Shown one piece after another: positions 12,337 through 24,275 of a stretch of DNA of 64,000 nt (its first letter is position 1; the number at the start of each line of letters is the position of its first letter). This DNA comes from Octopus bimaculoides (lineage: Eukaryota): the NCBI RefSeq assembly GCF_001194135.2, contig NC_068993.1, positions 55,215,431 through 55,279,430 of the forward strand, read 5' to 3'. The notes beneath the pieces are model-generated. The model searched no databases, was not told where the DNA came from, and saw only the letters and a list, made by a program, of their open reading frames with translations. A program made the position numbers and the translations under genes.

Positions 12337-14753
12337 TATAAATCTTCAGACTTGGGTACTGAGATCAAGGATCAATAATGCCTAAAGGCATAGCACAAGA
12401 AGGTGCAACAAGTACCAGTGACAAATGATATCATCATTCACTCAAAGTTTTGGTCAGTCCAAAGACTATAGTAGAAGACAATGGATCAAAGTGCTGTGCA
12501 GTGGGACTGAACCTGAAACCACATGGTTGCAAAGCATGCTTCTTAACCACACAGCCATGCCTATGCTCAACAAAGAAATTGATTTTTAAGTAAAGTTACT
12601 AGAAAAAACTTTGAGCATCACTGATTGAAAAATTTCAAAATCTCACAGAAAAATCCTTTAAGTAATTCTTCCACTTGTGACTAAATATCTTTGAGAAGTA
12701 GTTTTTATTCTTATTTCATAAGAAGACAAAATTTAGAAACTGGCTGGACAATGATTATGACAAATGAATTAATCCCAGCACCAAAATAGCCCACATCTCA
12801 CAATTGAGTAAAAGCCATAGCAGTATTTCATCCATCCATCTTCATTGTCCACCATTCCTGCGAGGTCATGAGGATAGTTTCCTCAGGCACCTCTTCCACA
12901 GGGCCTTGTTAGAAACAACTGTCCTAACACTTTCTGGCTGGATTCCCAAGCATGAACAACTAAGACTATGGATCAGCTTGGAATGATTCTTGCTGGTGAC
13001 ATGTAAAAAAGCACCCAATACACTCTATGGAGTGGTTGGCATTAGGAAAGGCATCCAGCCATAGAAACCAAGCCAAAACAGATTAAAGCCTGGAACATCT
13101 CTCAGGCTTACCAGCCCCAGTCAAACCATATTTCCAGCCAGCATGGAAAAAGGACACTAAATGATGATGATGATTATAATGTCCATAGTAGTGGAGCTGT
13201 GACCTTTCAATGCAGAAAAATAGTGGCTCAACCATGAGAGACTCAAGAGACTCCCTGACCTCTGAGCTACACACTATGCTGAGTAATTTTACAGCAGTAT
13301 CAAATGGTTTCATTAGTAATACCTTGGTACTGACATTTTAATTTTGAAAATTTTTTAATTTAAAATTTTGCTTTTGACATTAAAACAAAAAATATTTGAT
13401 TTGTCAGTTTGACTTCTTAATTTTGATTTTTTTTTTTTTTAGCCTTTAGATCAAAAGGCGTGAGAATGATTTTGAAATCTCAAACAGGTGTGAGTGTCCA
13501 AAAAAAGGTTAAGAACCATATTCTCATGAAACACATCACTGCCACCACGGGACGAAGGTGTGGGGTGGCTTATCTAGCATAAGTCTTTAAACTGGGAACC
13601 AGCAACTTTTTTTCAAAAAGAGGGCCGCATGAGATATGACTCACCATCAGGCTGGCTGCGCCACTAATAGAATTCAAAATAATCTTTCACTGATGTGCCA
13701 TTCTAAAAGACCTGAGGGTACCCCAAAACTGTAGTTTGCCCATGGCTATAACTTCACTCATTTCCCTTCTCCCCCAAACAATACACCACCACATCTGACC
13801 CTGTGGGACCTATATAGCTATAAGCTTCTATAACCCACCATCTACACCACCATCACAATCATTGTCACTCTGGGGCCTAAATAACTGCCGCTGCCGCCTA
13901 TTTCACCCATTAACAAGGACGCAATTGTTGTTATTATAGTTGATGGCGGCATAGATGGAGAAGGACAAAAACCCGAAAGATAGACAGAAGAGAAAGAGAG
14001 AGAGAGAGAAAGACGAGAGGAAAAAAGAAGTAAGAATGGAAGATAGAAAGAGGTAGGGGGAGGAGGAGAAATATGAGAAAAATTGAAGTAATAGGACACA
14101 GGCATTTTGTAGCAGAGGGAGGGAGTGTGTTAGCTAGAACAGCTTTAAACTGGAATGTCAAATATCTTATACTATGGTGGTGGTGGCGGTGCTATAGTAG
14201 TGATTCTTTAGCCCCAGGTCAGCTATATCTGTGATAAAGTGAGCCTATGATCAAAAGCTTTCTAGCTGTAGCCATCCTGACATTTTAGGGATATTGTCTA
14301 TGACTACATTCTCCTATGTCTCATTCTCTTATTTCTTAAGAGGAAGTAAGGTGTGATTTGTAGGAAATGTGACTGCTATTTCTAGCAAGTCGAATGACCA
14401 CGTACAGGCTCCTTGATATGGCAGTGCCTAGTAATGTAGTTTTATAGTATAGACCAGTGATAAGGTGTTGGTGCTAGTTGTATAGTGATGCTGCTATCAA
14501 GTAGTAGTAGTATCTAACAGTGTAATAAGGATAATCATCTGGCAGAATCGGTAGAGCATCTGAAAAATGTCTTACAGTATTTAGTTATGGCCCCTTACAT
14601 TCAGACCCTCCCTAAGGTCAACTTTGCATTTCATCCAGGGGTTAATGTAATCAACCATTTCCTTGCTTCACATTAGGAGCCTTGTGCTTATATAAGAAAT
14701 CAATATTAGGTATATACACTTATTAATATTAAGTATATATATACATATATAAA

Positions 14754-15356
14754 GCAGTGAGCTGGCAGAATCATTAATATGCCAGTAAAAATGCTTAGCA
14801 ACATGTGTATGTTTTGAGTTCAAATTCCACCAAGGTCGACTTTGCTTTTCAGCATTCATTTTGGAGTCGATAAAATAAGTAACAGTTGATCATTAGGGGC
14901 CGATGTAATCGACTTAACCCCCTCAATCGAAATTGCTGGCATTGTGCCAAAATTCGAAACCAACATTAAATATATATCAAGGTGGTGAGTAGGCAGAATT
15001 GTTCCATCGTCACATTCTGAGTTCAAATTCCACCAAGGTCGACTTTGCTTTTCAGCATTTTGGGGTCGATAAAATAAGTAGCAGTTGATCACTGGGGGTC
15101 GATGCAATCGACTTAACCCCTTCAATCGAAATTGCTGGCATTGTGCCAAAATTCGAAACCAACATTAAATATATATCAAAGTGGTGAGTTGGCAGAATTG
15201 TTCCATCGTCACATTCTGAGTTCAAATTCCACCGAGGTCGACTTTACCTTTTACCCTTTCAGGGTCAATAAAATAAGTACCAGTTGGGGTCGATGTAATT
15301 GACTTAACCCCCTCCCCTGAAATTGCTGGCCTTGAGCTAAAATTTGAAACTAATAT
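14754..15356 (+). mobile_element. Head-to-tail array of three tRNA-derived SINE copies (~200-bp period)
   Basis: Units start ~14754, 14981 and 15180, each with gagttcaaattcc..aggtcgacttt..gtcgataaaataagta..gaaattgctggc..aaattcgaaacc. Other family copies at ~8000, 16890, 21960, 27500, 30700, 32200 and 63000. Confidence 0.8.
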
Positions 15357-16490
15357 TATGTATATATACTATCTTTTCTTTTTTCTTTTATCATTTACTC
15401 ATTTTAGTCATTAGACTGCGGCCATGCTGGGGCACTGCCTAAGAGAATTTTTATTTGAATGAATTGACCCCTGTACTCATTATTTTTGTAGTCTGGTACT
15501 TATTTTATCTGTCTTTTGCCAAACTGCTAAGTTACTGGAACATAAACACACCAACACCTGTTGTCAAGCAATGGTGGGCACAAACAAAGACAAACAAACA
15601 TAGCAATAAATATATACAATGGGCTTCTTTCAATTTCCGTCAACCAAATCCTCTCACAAACTTTTGGTCAGCCCTAGGCTATAGTAGAAGAAACTTGCCC
15701 AAGTTGCCACGCAGTGGGACTGAACCCGGAACCATGTGATTGGGAAGCACAGTGGTTGTGTCTAGTTGAAAAGTGGTGTATTAGTGTTGCAGTGTTAGGC
15801 TGAAGTGGTGCAAGGATAGTGTGGTGGTGGTATGCAGCCCCAGGTTAGCTCTGATGAAGCAGAACTGTAACCAAAGTCCAGATTAGACCTAATAAAGATT
15901 ATCAGCAAAGATGTCCGGACCGTCAATCAAGGATTACATTCTCTGACATGTCCTTTGTTTGAAGACATGAGGACTTGATTTGAGAAGCATGGTTGCTATT
16001 TCTAGCAGGTTGAGCCACAAAATAATAATATTGATGTTACCCTCAGGCTGGTCCTGATTGAGTATACAAATCTAAAAATCAAAGACACTCCACCCATGAC
16101 CACCTTCAAGTTTTCTTATATGTATGAAACCCTGGAACACATTATTTGATGTATCTTTTTTCTTTAAGATAGCATAATTTGATTTGAAGGAGATTTGGCT
16201 GCTATTTCTAGCAAGACAAGCAACCATGCAGAGACCCCCCCCCTCATTGGCTTTGTGTCTTGTGGTATGGTTGAGATGTTTATAACTGATGCATGTAGTA
16301 CATTGTGTATGGAATGGTATGGTATGGTGTGGCTGTGTGGTAACAAGTCTGCTTCCCAACCAAATGGTTCTGGGTTCAGTCCCACTGCATGGCACCTTGG
16401 GCAAGCGTCTTCTACTATAGTCTCAGGCCAACCAAAGCCTTGTGAGTAGATTTGGTAGACAAAAACTGAAAAAAGCACATTGTATACATA

Positions 16491-16531
<41 letters not shown>

Positions 16532-17534
16532 ATGTCTGTTTGTCCCACAGAACTGCTTGACAACTGGTGTTGGTGTGTTTATGTCCCTGTAACTTTTGGA
16601 GAAAGTAAGTGATAAAAAAAAATACCAGGCTCAAAAACAAAATAAGTACAGGGGTTGATTCGATTGACTAAAATTCTTCAAGGTGGTGCCCCAGCATAGC
16701 TGCAGTCACATGACTGAAGCATGTAGGAGATAAAAGATATGGTATAATACAATATGGTATCATGACTGCTATGTATAATATATTGTAGTACTCTATAGTG
16801 TTGAGTATAGTGTCTAGTGGTATGGTTTGTTACGGTATGTGATGTTGTGATATAAAGTCATACGGCATTATAACTACCGTGTAAAGGCAGGGAGTTGGCA
16901 GAATTGTTAGAATGCCGGACAAAATGCTAAGTGACATTTCATCCCAAGTTCAAATTCCAGTGAGGTCAACTTTGCCGTTCATCCTTTCAGGGGTTGGTGA
17001 AACAAGAACCAGTTAAGCAATCAACTATACCCTCCCCCAAAATTTCAGGCCTCCTGCCTAAGGCAGAAAGGATTATAACTGCTGTGTATAATGTATGGTG
17101 ATGCGGTATGGTTTTAATACCATGTTGTATTATGGAATGCTGGCGTGATATTATGAATACATGATATGGCATGGCGTTGTGATAGTAGCATAAATGTATC
17201 ATCATATAGTGTGTTGTGTTGTCATATTCTATGTGTTGTGGCTGCTGTGTAAGGCTTGTTTTATTATATATGTATATGTATTATTAATTTTTTTCTCCTT
17301 TATCTTTTACTTGTTTCAGTCATTAGACTGTGGCCATGCTGGGGCAATGCCTTGAAGAATTTTTAGCTGAATGAATTGACCCCAGTATATATGCATGCAT
17401 GTATGTATGTATGTATGTATTATAGATATATATGTATCATAAATATATATATATATATTAATACTATATCTATTTTTCTATCTATCTATCTATCTATTTA
17501 TCTATCTATCTATTTATATATATAATCATAAATA

Positions 17535-17742
17535 TACAGGGATTAGCATTGAGTTGCTTCTCCAACATACTGAAAATTTAGAAATAGCAGTCAAAGAACT
17601 ACTGGTTCTAAACTACAAATTTTTCTCTAAATGGATGGCCATCCATTTAGAGAAAAATTTGTAGTTTAGAACCAGTAGTTCTTTGACTGCTATTTCTAAA
17701 TTTTCAGTATGTTGGAGAAGCAACTCAATGCTAATCCCTGTA
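17535..17742. repeat. Perfect 208-bp palindrome with no loop, abutting a gap
   Basis: 104-bp arms, centre atggatgg|ccatccat at 17638/17639; ends at the Ns starting 17743. Confidence 0.95.
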
Positions 17743-18186
17743 NNNNNNNNNNNNNNNNNNNNNNNNNNNNNNNNNNNNNNNNNNNNNNNNNNNNNNNNNN
17801 NNNNNNNNNNNNNNNNNNNNNNNNNNNNNNNNNNNNNNNNNNNNNNNNNNNNNNNNNNNNNNNNNNNNNNNNNNNNNNNNNNNNNNNNNNNNNNNNNNNN
17901 NNNNNNNNNNNNNNNNNNNNNNNNNNNNNNNNNNNNNNNNNNNNNNNNNNNNNNNNNNNNNNNNNNNNNNNNNNNNNNNNNNNNNNNNNNNNNNNNNNNN
18001 NNNNNNNNNNNNNNNNNNNNNNNNNNNNNNNNNNNNNNNNNNNNNNNNNNNNNNNNNNNNNNNNNNNNNNNNNNNNNNNNNNNNNNNNNNNNNNNNNNNN
18101 NNNNNNNNNNNNNNNNNNNNNNNNNNNNNNNNNNNNNNNNNNNNNNNNNNNNNNNNNNNNNNNNNNNNNNNNNNNNNNNNNNNNNN
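17743..18186. other. Assembly gap (other large gaps: 4867-4977, 19415-20260, 22432-23207, 40521-40968)
   Basis: Runs of N. Confidence 1.
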
Positions 18187-18246
<60 letters not shown>

Positions 18247-18944
18247 AATGCATTTAGTTATGTGTATTTGTGTACGTGTGTGAGTGTGCAATGTGTGTAG
18301 TTACATGACGGTATCTGTATATGTGTGTATATAAGTATATGTGTGTGCAGTGTGTGTAGATATGTGTATTTGTGAGTGTGTGTGTGTGTGTGTGTAGGTA
18401 TGTGTTTGTGTGCATATGTGCAATGTGTGTAGTTATATGTCAGTATATGTGTATGTGTGTGTGCAATGTGTGTAGTTATGTGTGTAGGTATGTGTATGTG
18501 TTTGTGTGTGTGTGTGTGTGTGTGTAGGAATGTGTTTGTATGTGTTTGTGTGTGTGTGTGCAATATGTGTATGAATGCATGTATTTATGTGTGTTCATTA
18601 GTGTTAGTGTTTCTACTCATTTGTATGCGCGTGTGTGTGTATGGTTAAGTGTATATTTGCATGTAAAGTTGTGTGTGTGTGTGTGTGTGCGTGCGCACGC
18701 GTATGACATGAACTACTAACACACACACAGAACTAGAGTGGGAGGTGATGGGGGGAGATAAGAGTAGGAAACAATGTAATGCCAGATTGATGTACTGGTT
18801 GTAGTAGTGGTAGTGGTGCTGATGCAGGCAATGGTTATGGTAGTGCTGGTGACAGAAGAGGTGGTTGCAGTATAAGCAACAGCAGCAGCAGTAGTAGTAG
18901 TAATAGTAGTGGTTGAAATGTCGTAGGTGGTGTTGATGTTGTGA

Positions 18945-18981
<37 letters not shown>

Positions 18982-19110
18982 TGTAATAGTAACGGAGATG
19001 GTGGTGGTGATAATGGTGATGATGGTGAACAGGGTGGTAGTGTTAGTGTTTCTAGTGCAGGTAGTGGTAGTGGTTGTGGTGTAGGATTAGGGTACACTGC
19101 AATGGTGAGG
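18187..19110. repeat. Compound low-complexity tract: (TG)n, degenerate TG-rich array, (TAG)n, (GGT)n
   Basis: Directly visible simple repeats. Confidence 0.9.
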
Positions 19111-19258
19111 CATGGTACTTGGTGGACATGTGCATTGGGGTGAATGGAGGGGAGTGGAGAGACAGTGGGGAAGGTGGTGACAGTGGTGGGTAGGATGTAA
19201 TTTTAAAATAGTTGTGAGTGTTTGAGAGAGATAGAGAGAAAGAAAGAGAGAGAGAGAG

Positions 19259-19295
<37 letters not shown>

Positions 19296-19373
19296 GAGAA
19301 GGAAAAGTAAGAAGTAGTGAAAAAAATGTAGGCAAAAATGTTGCTATGACAATAAACCACATACACACACATG

Positions 19374-19414
<41 letters not shown>

Positions 19415-20260
19415 NNNNNNNNNNNNNNNNNNNNNNNNNNNNNNNNNNNNNNNNNNNNNNNNNNNNNNNNNNNNNNNNNNNNNNNNNNNNNNNNNNNNNN
19501 NNNNNNNNNNNNNNNNNNNNNNNNNNNNNNNNNNNNNNNNNNNNNNNNNNNNNNNNNNNNNNNNNNNNNNNNNNNNNNNNNNNNNNNNNNNNNNNNNNNN
19601 NNNNNNNNNNNNNNNNNNNNNNNNNNNNNNNNNNNNNNNNNNNNNNNNNNNNNNNNNNNNNNNNNNNNNNNNNNNNNNNNNNNNNNNNNNNNNNNNNNNN
19701 NNNNNNNNNNNNNNNNNNNNNNNNNNNNNNNNNNNNNNNNNNNNNNNNNNNNNNNNNNNNNNNNNNNNNNNNNNNNNNNNNNNNNNNNNNNNNNNNNNNN
19801 NNNNNNNNNNNNNNNNNNNNNNNNNNNNNNNNNNNNNNNNNNNNNNNNNNNNNNNNNNNNNNNNNNNNNNNNNNNNNNNNNNNNNNNNNNNNNNNNNNNN
19901 NNNNNNNNNNNNNNNNNNNNNNNNNNNNNNNNNNNNNNNNNNNNNNNNNNNNNNNNNNNNNNNNNNNNNNNNNNNNNNNNNNNNNNNNNNNNNNNNNNNN
20001 NNNNNNNNNNNNNNNNNNNNNNNNNNNNNNNNNNNNNNNNNNNNNNNNNNNNNNNNNNNNNNNNNNNNNNNNNNNNNNNNNNNNNNNNNNNNNNNNNNNN
20101 NNNNNNNNNNNNNNNNNNNNNNNNNNNNNNNNNNNNNNNNNNNNNNNNNNNNNNNNNNNNNNNNNNNNNNNNNNNNNNNNNNNNNNNNNNNNNNNNNNNN
20201 NNNNNNNNNNNNNNNNNNNNNNNNNNNNNNNNNNNNNNNNNNNNNNNNNNNNNNNNNNNN

Positions 20261-20600
20261 GAGCCGTGCGCTTTCGCGCAGCTCGCTTAAGTTCTTCATG
20301 CTGGATACGTGCTCTCTCAAAAGTGTCGATCCCCTCCTTAACCTGTTTCCTCCATCCATGGCGATGACAGGCATTGTTCTCCCAGTCAGTGTCCTGCATA
20401 TCACAGGCCTTTAATGAGGACTTGACACAGTCCTTAAAGCGCAGCCTTGGTTTCTGCAAGAGTCTCCTTCCATTCACAAGTTCTCCATAGAGCATCTGCT
20501 TAGGAATCCTGCTATCCTTCATTCTAATAAGGTGTCCAGTCCAACGTAACCGGTGCTTGTGCACCATTGCCTCAATACTCAAGATATCAGCTGTCCTCAG
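20261..20600 (-). mobile_element. RTE-clade LINE ORF2 3' fragment
   Basis: SIEAMVHKHRLRWTGHLIRMKDSRIPKQMLYGELVNGRR...PRLRFKDCVK: RTE C-terminal signature; abuts a gap. Confidence 0.85.
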
Positions 20601-20699
20601 GTTCTGTGTGTCACGTCTTACGAATGAACCCTTTTGGACTGAATAGTGACTGGTGACGAGAAATGGGTTCTCTATAAAAAATGTCAAGCACTGAAGACA

Positions 20700-20856
20700 G
20701 TGGGTAGGGAAAGGAAAAACACTGCCACCCCAGACTAAAAAAGGTCTTCACCTACATAAGGTGTTGTTATCTGTTTGGTGGGATATGAAAGGTTTATTCC
20801 ATCTTGAACTTTTAAACCCAAACCAAACGATAATAAAGGAGATCTACTGCAAGCAA
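20700..20856 (+). mobile_element. mariner transposase remnant
   Basis: LHLHKVLLSVWWDMKGLFHLELLNPNQTIIKEIYCKQ, typical of the mariner catalytic domain. Confidence 0.8.
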
Positions 20857-22169
20857 GGAAAAAAACAAGGGAAAAAAAAAAGCTCCTTTGAATAAGGTGA
20901 GGTGGGGAGTATTTAAGAGACAGGGACAGGTAGTTTTATGCCAGGTGTTCAATGGAAGTTAAAATAATATGATAAAGGAACAAGTACAAGTATCTTGCTA
21001 TACAGATAGCAATTTTTCTTTTTTTTTATAATATGATTCTACTCAGTTCAGTTTGTGTTTGTTATTTTTATACATTAAAGAAGCTTATACTAATAATATA
21101 AGAGTGCACATGCACGCACACACACACGTACAAAGGCACTTAACTAACTTCATAAGTGCTTTGGCATGGAACTCTCGGCTCTTTGAGTCACTGATGTGGC
21201 TTCTTGGCTATAAATAAAAGAAGAAAAAGACTATGTATTATGTTTCATTTTCCCATTTGTACAACTTATCCTCTGTGTGTGTATGTATATACACCTATAT
21301 ATCTATTGACAAACATACACGTTTTATATACACCTATATATCTATAGACAAACTCACCCAAGCTGAAAAGAACATTTGTTTCCAAGGAGAAACCTCACAA
21401 CCAACTTCCTAACCATCTCTACCTGCAACTAACAATACACACACGAGTCCTAATTCCTGGCACCCTGACCTTGTGCCAAAATTAGAAATTACTCTTATCA
21501 TTATGAAGAGAGACTGATGAATGGTTGAATCAGAAGAGCAACAGACAAAACAGTTGAATCAATACAACAGGGCTCTGAATGGATGAAACTGGAAGAGTAG
21601 CAGAAGACAAAATGGAAGAATCAGTAAGAAAGGGTACAAAATAACACAACTGGTAGAACATAGAACAAACTACTTTGTGGTATTAGGTTACATTTGGCCT
21701 GTTTATGCTTTTAGTGCCTAGAGTAGAAATAATATTATAAAATAAGTACCAGTTATGCACTGGGGTCGATGTAATGGACTAGCCCCCTTCTCCCAAACTT
21801 TTCAAGGCCTTATGCCTAGAGTAGAAATAATTACACTATAAAATGAGTAACCAGTTGAGCACTGAGGTCGATGTAACCAACTTAATAAGCCTCCCTTGAA
21901 ATTGCTGGCCTTGTGCGAAAATTTGGAACCATCATCATCATTATTATTGCAAGCTGACAGAATAGTTATCATTCCAGGCAAAATGCTTAGTGGCATTTTG
22001 CTCGTCTTTACATTCTGAGTTCAAATTCCACCAAGGTCAACTTTACCAGTCATCCTTTCGGGGTCAATAAAATAAAGTACCAGTTATTCATTGGAGTTGA
22101 TGCAATCAACTTACCCCTCAACCTGAAATTGGTGGCCGTGTGCCAAAATTTGAAACCATAATAATAGTG

Positions 22170-22231
<62 letters not shown>

Positions 22232-22233
<2 letters not shown>

Positions 22234-23552
22234 AGCTACAACATCCTTAACTGGACACTAAACGAACTATGTAAAATAGACAGGAAAACAAAAAAAAATA
22301 ATGACAGGATATAGGATGCACCACCCAAAATCTGACATAGACAGGCTATATATACAACGCACAGAAGGTGGCAGGGGTCTTATACAGCTAGAAAACTATT
22401 ATAAAATAACCACCATAGGACTGCAAAAATANNNNNNNNNNNNNNNNNNNNNNNNNNNNNNNNNNNNNNNNNNNNNNNNNNNNNNNNNNNNNNNNNNNNN
22501 NNNNNNNNNNNNNNNNNNNNNNNNNNNNNNNNNNNNNNNNNNNNNNNNNNNNNNNNNNNNNNNNNNNNNNNNNNNNNNNNNNNNNNNNNNNNNNNNNNNN
22601 NNNNNNNNNNNNNNNNNNNNNNNNNNNNNNNNNNNNNNNNNNNNNNNNNNNNNNNNNNNNNNNNNNNNNNNNNNNNNNNNNNNNNNNNNNNNNNNNNNNN
22701 NNNNNNNNNNNNNNNNNNNNNNNNNNNNNNNNNNNNNNNNNNNNNNNNNNNNNNNNNNNNNNNNNNNNNNNNNNNNNNNNNNNNNNNNNNNNNNNNNNNN
22801 NNNNNNNNNNNNNNNNNNNNNNNNNNNNNNNNNNNNNNNNNNNNNNNNNNNNNNNNNNNNNNNNNNNNNNNNNNNNNNNNNNNNNNNNNNNNNNNNNNNN
22901 NNNNNNNNNNNNNNNNNNNNNNNNNNNNNNNNNNNNNNNNNNNNNNNNNNNNNNNNNNNNNNNNNNNNNNNNNNNNNNNNNNNNNNNNNNNNNNNNNNNN
23001 NNNNNNNNNNNNNNNNNNNNNNNNNNNNNNNNNNNNNNNNNNNNNNNNNNNNNNNNNNNNNNNNNNNNNNNNNNNNNNNNNNNNNNNNNNNNNNNNNNNN
23101 NNNNNNNNNNNNNNNNNNNNNNNNNNNNNNNNNNNNNNNNNNNNNNNNNNNNNNNNNNNNNNNNNNNNNNNNNNNNNNNNNNNNNNNNNNNNNNNNNNNN
23201 NNNNNNNAACGTTTCTCTAAAAGAAATGGAAAAACTTTCAAAATACAAAGACCTGGAAATAGAGATAACTCGAATGTGGAATCTAAAAACAGAAACAATT
23301 CCTATCATAGTAGGTGCCTTAGGTATAATAAAAAAATATTCAGACAAATACATAACAAAAATAGCAGGACTTACAAATATATATAACATACAGAAAATTG
23401 CACTACTGGGTACTGCACACATTCTACGCAAAACACTTTCAATACAGTAAACATAAGAGCACCACAGCAAACCACAGCACATACCCAAGGCGCACAGAGC
23501 TGCGCTCGGGTAGTGAAGTGAAAGCACGTTATAAAAATAAAACTACTGAATG
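22232..23552 (+). mobile_element. 5'-truncated R4/Dong-clade non-LTR retrotransposon (RLE type)
   Basis: YSYNILNWTLNELCKIDRKT..MTGYRMHHPKSDIDRLYIQRTEGGRGL before the gap; EKLSKYKDLEIEITRMW...IIVGALG...QKIALLGTAHILRK after it; flanked by (TAA)n on both sides. Confidence 0.85.
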
Positions 23553-23641
23553 ATAATAATAATAATAATAATGCAGTACCAAGCAGTGGCTCTCATGGAT
23601 TCTGACCATAACTGATTGGAAGTGCTATCATGTACATTGTT

Positions 23642-24275
23642 TTGTCTTGGTATAAAAGATGGGCTACAGCAAATATTCTGCTTAATACCACAGATTTGCT
23701 TGTCAGTTGTTTGACCTTAACCAGTTGAGCATGTCCCTTGGTGGCTGACAATATGTGCATCTCTGATCACGAGCAGAAGTAGTGGGAGAGTATCATAGCA
23801 GTGCATGCCATCAAAGTGACACGGGTAAAATATACAAAGCCCAATATACCCATCATGGCTACCCGTCTGCTAAGGGTACACCAGGCACATGCATCACAAC
23901 CATGTGCGCGACATAGTGATTTCATATCAAGATAAACAGCGCATGACCTCGCAGGTGGGACTCAGAATTTTCTTCAGGTCGAGTAGTGCATCCCACTCAA
24001 AAGGTCTTGAATGAGTGTTGTTTAAGGATGATGAATAAAACACCCATGTTTTCAAAGGTGAATTATCCAAACCCCAAAGAATTCCTCTCAACACATGACT
24101 ATGATGCTCTCCCACTACTTCTGCTCGTGATCAGAGATGCACATATTGTCAGGCACTAAGGGACATGCTCAACTAGTTAAGGACATGCTCAACTAGTTAA
24201 GGTCATGCAAGTGACAAGCAAATCTGTGGTATTGAGCAGAATATTTACTATAGCCCATCTTTTATATCAAAACAA
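23642..24275. repeat. Fold-back element with ~160-bp inverted arms
   Basis: 23642-23798 is inverted relative to 24099-24275; the right arm carries a 20-bp tandem duplication (ggacatgctcaactagttaa x2). Confidence 0.85.

Noticed and set aside
14754-15356. CRISPR-like repeat-spacer array
   Set aside because: Eukaryotic context; units are whole ~200-bp SINE copies without unique spacers.
17613-23527. Long ORFs in the track spanning X runs
   Set aside because: Artefacts of N gaps; only the flanking RTE and R4/Dong segments are meaningful.
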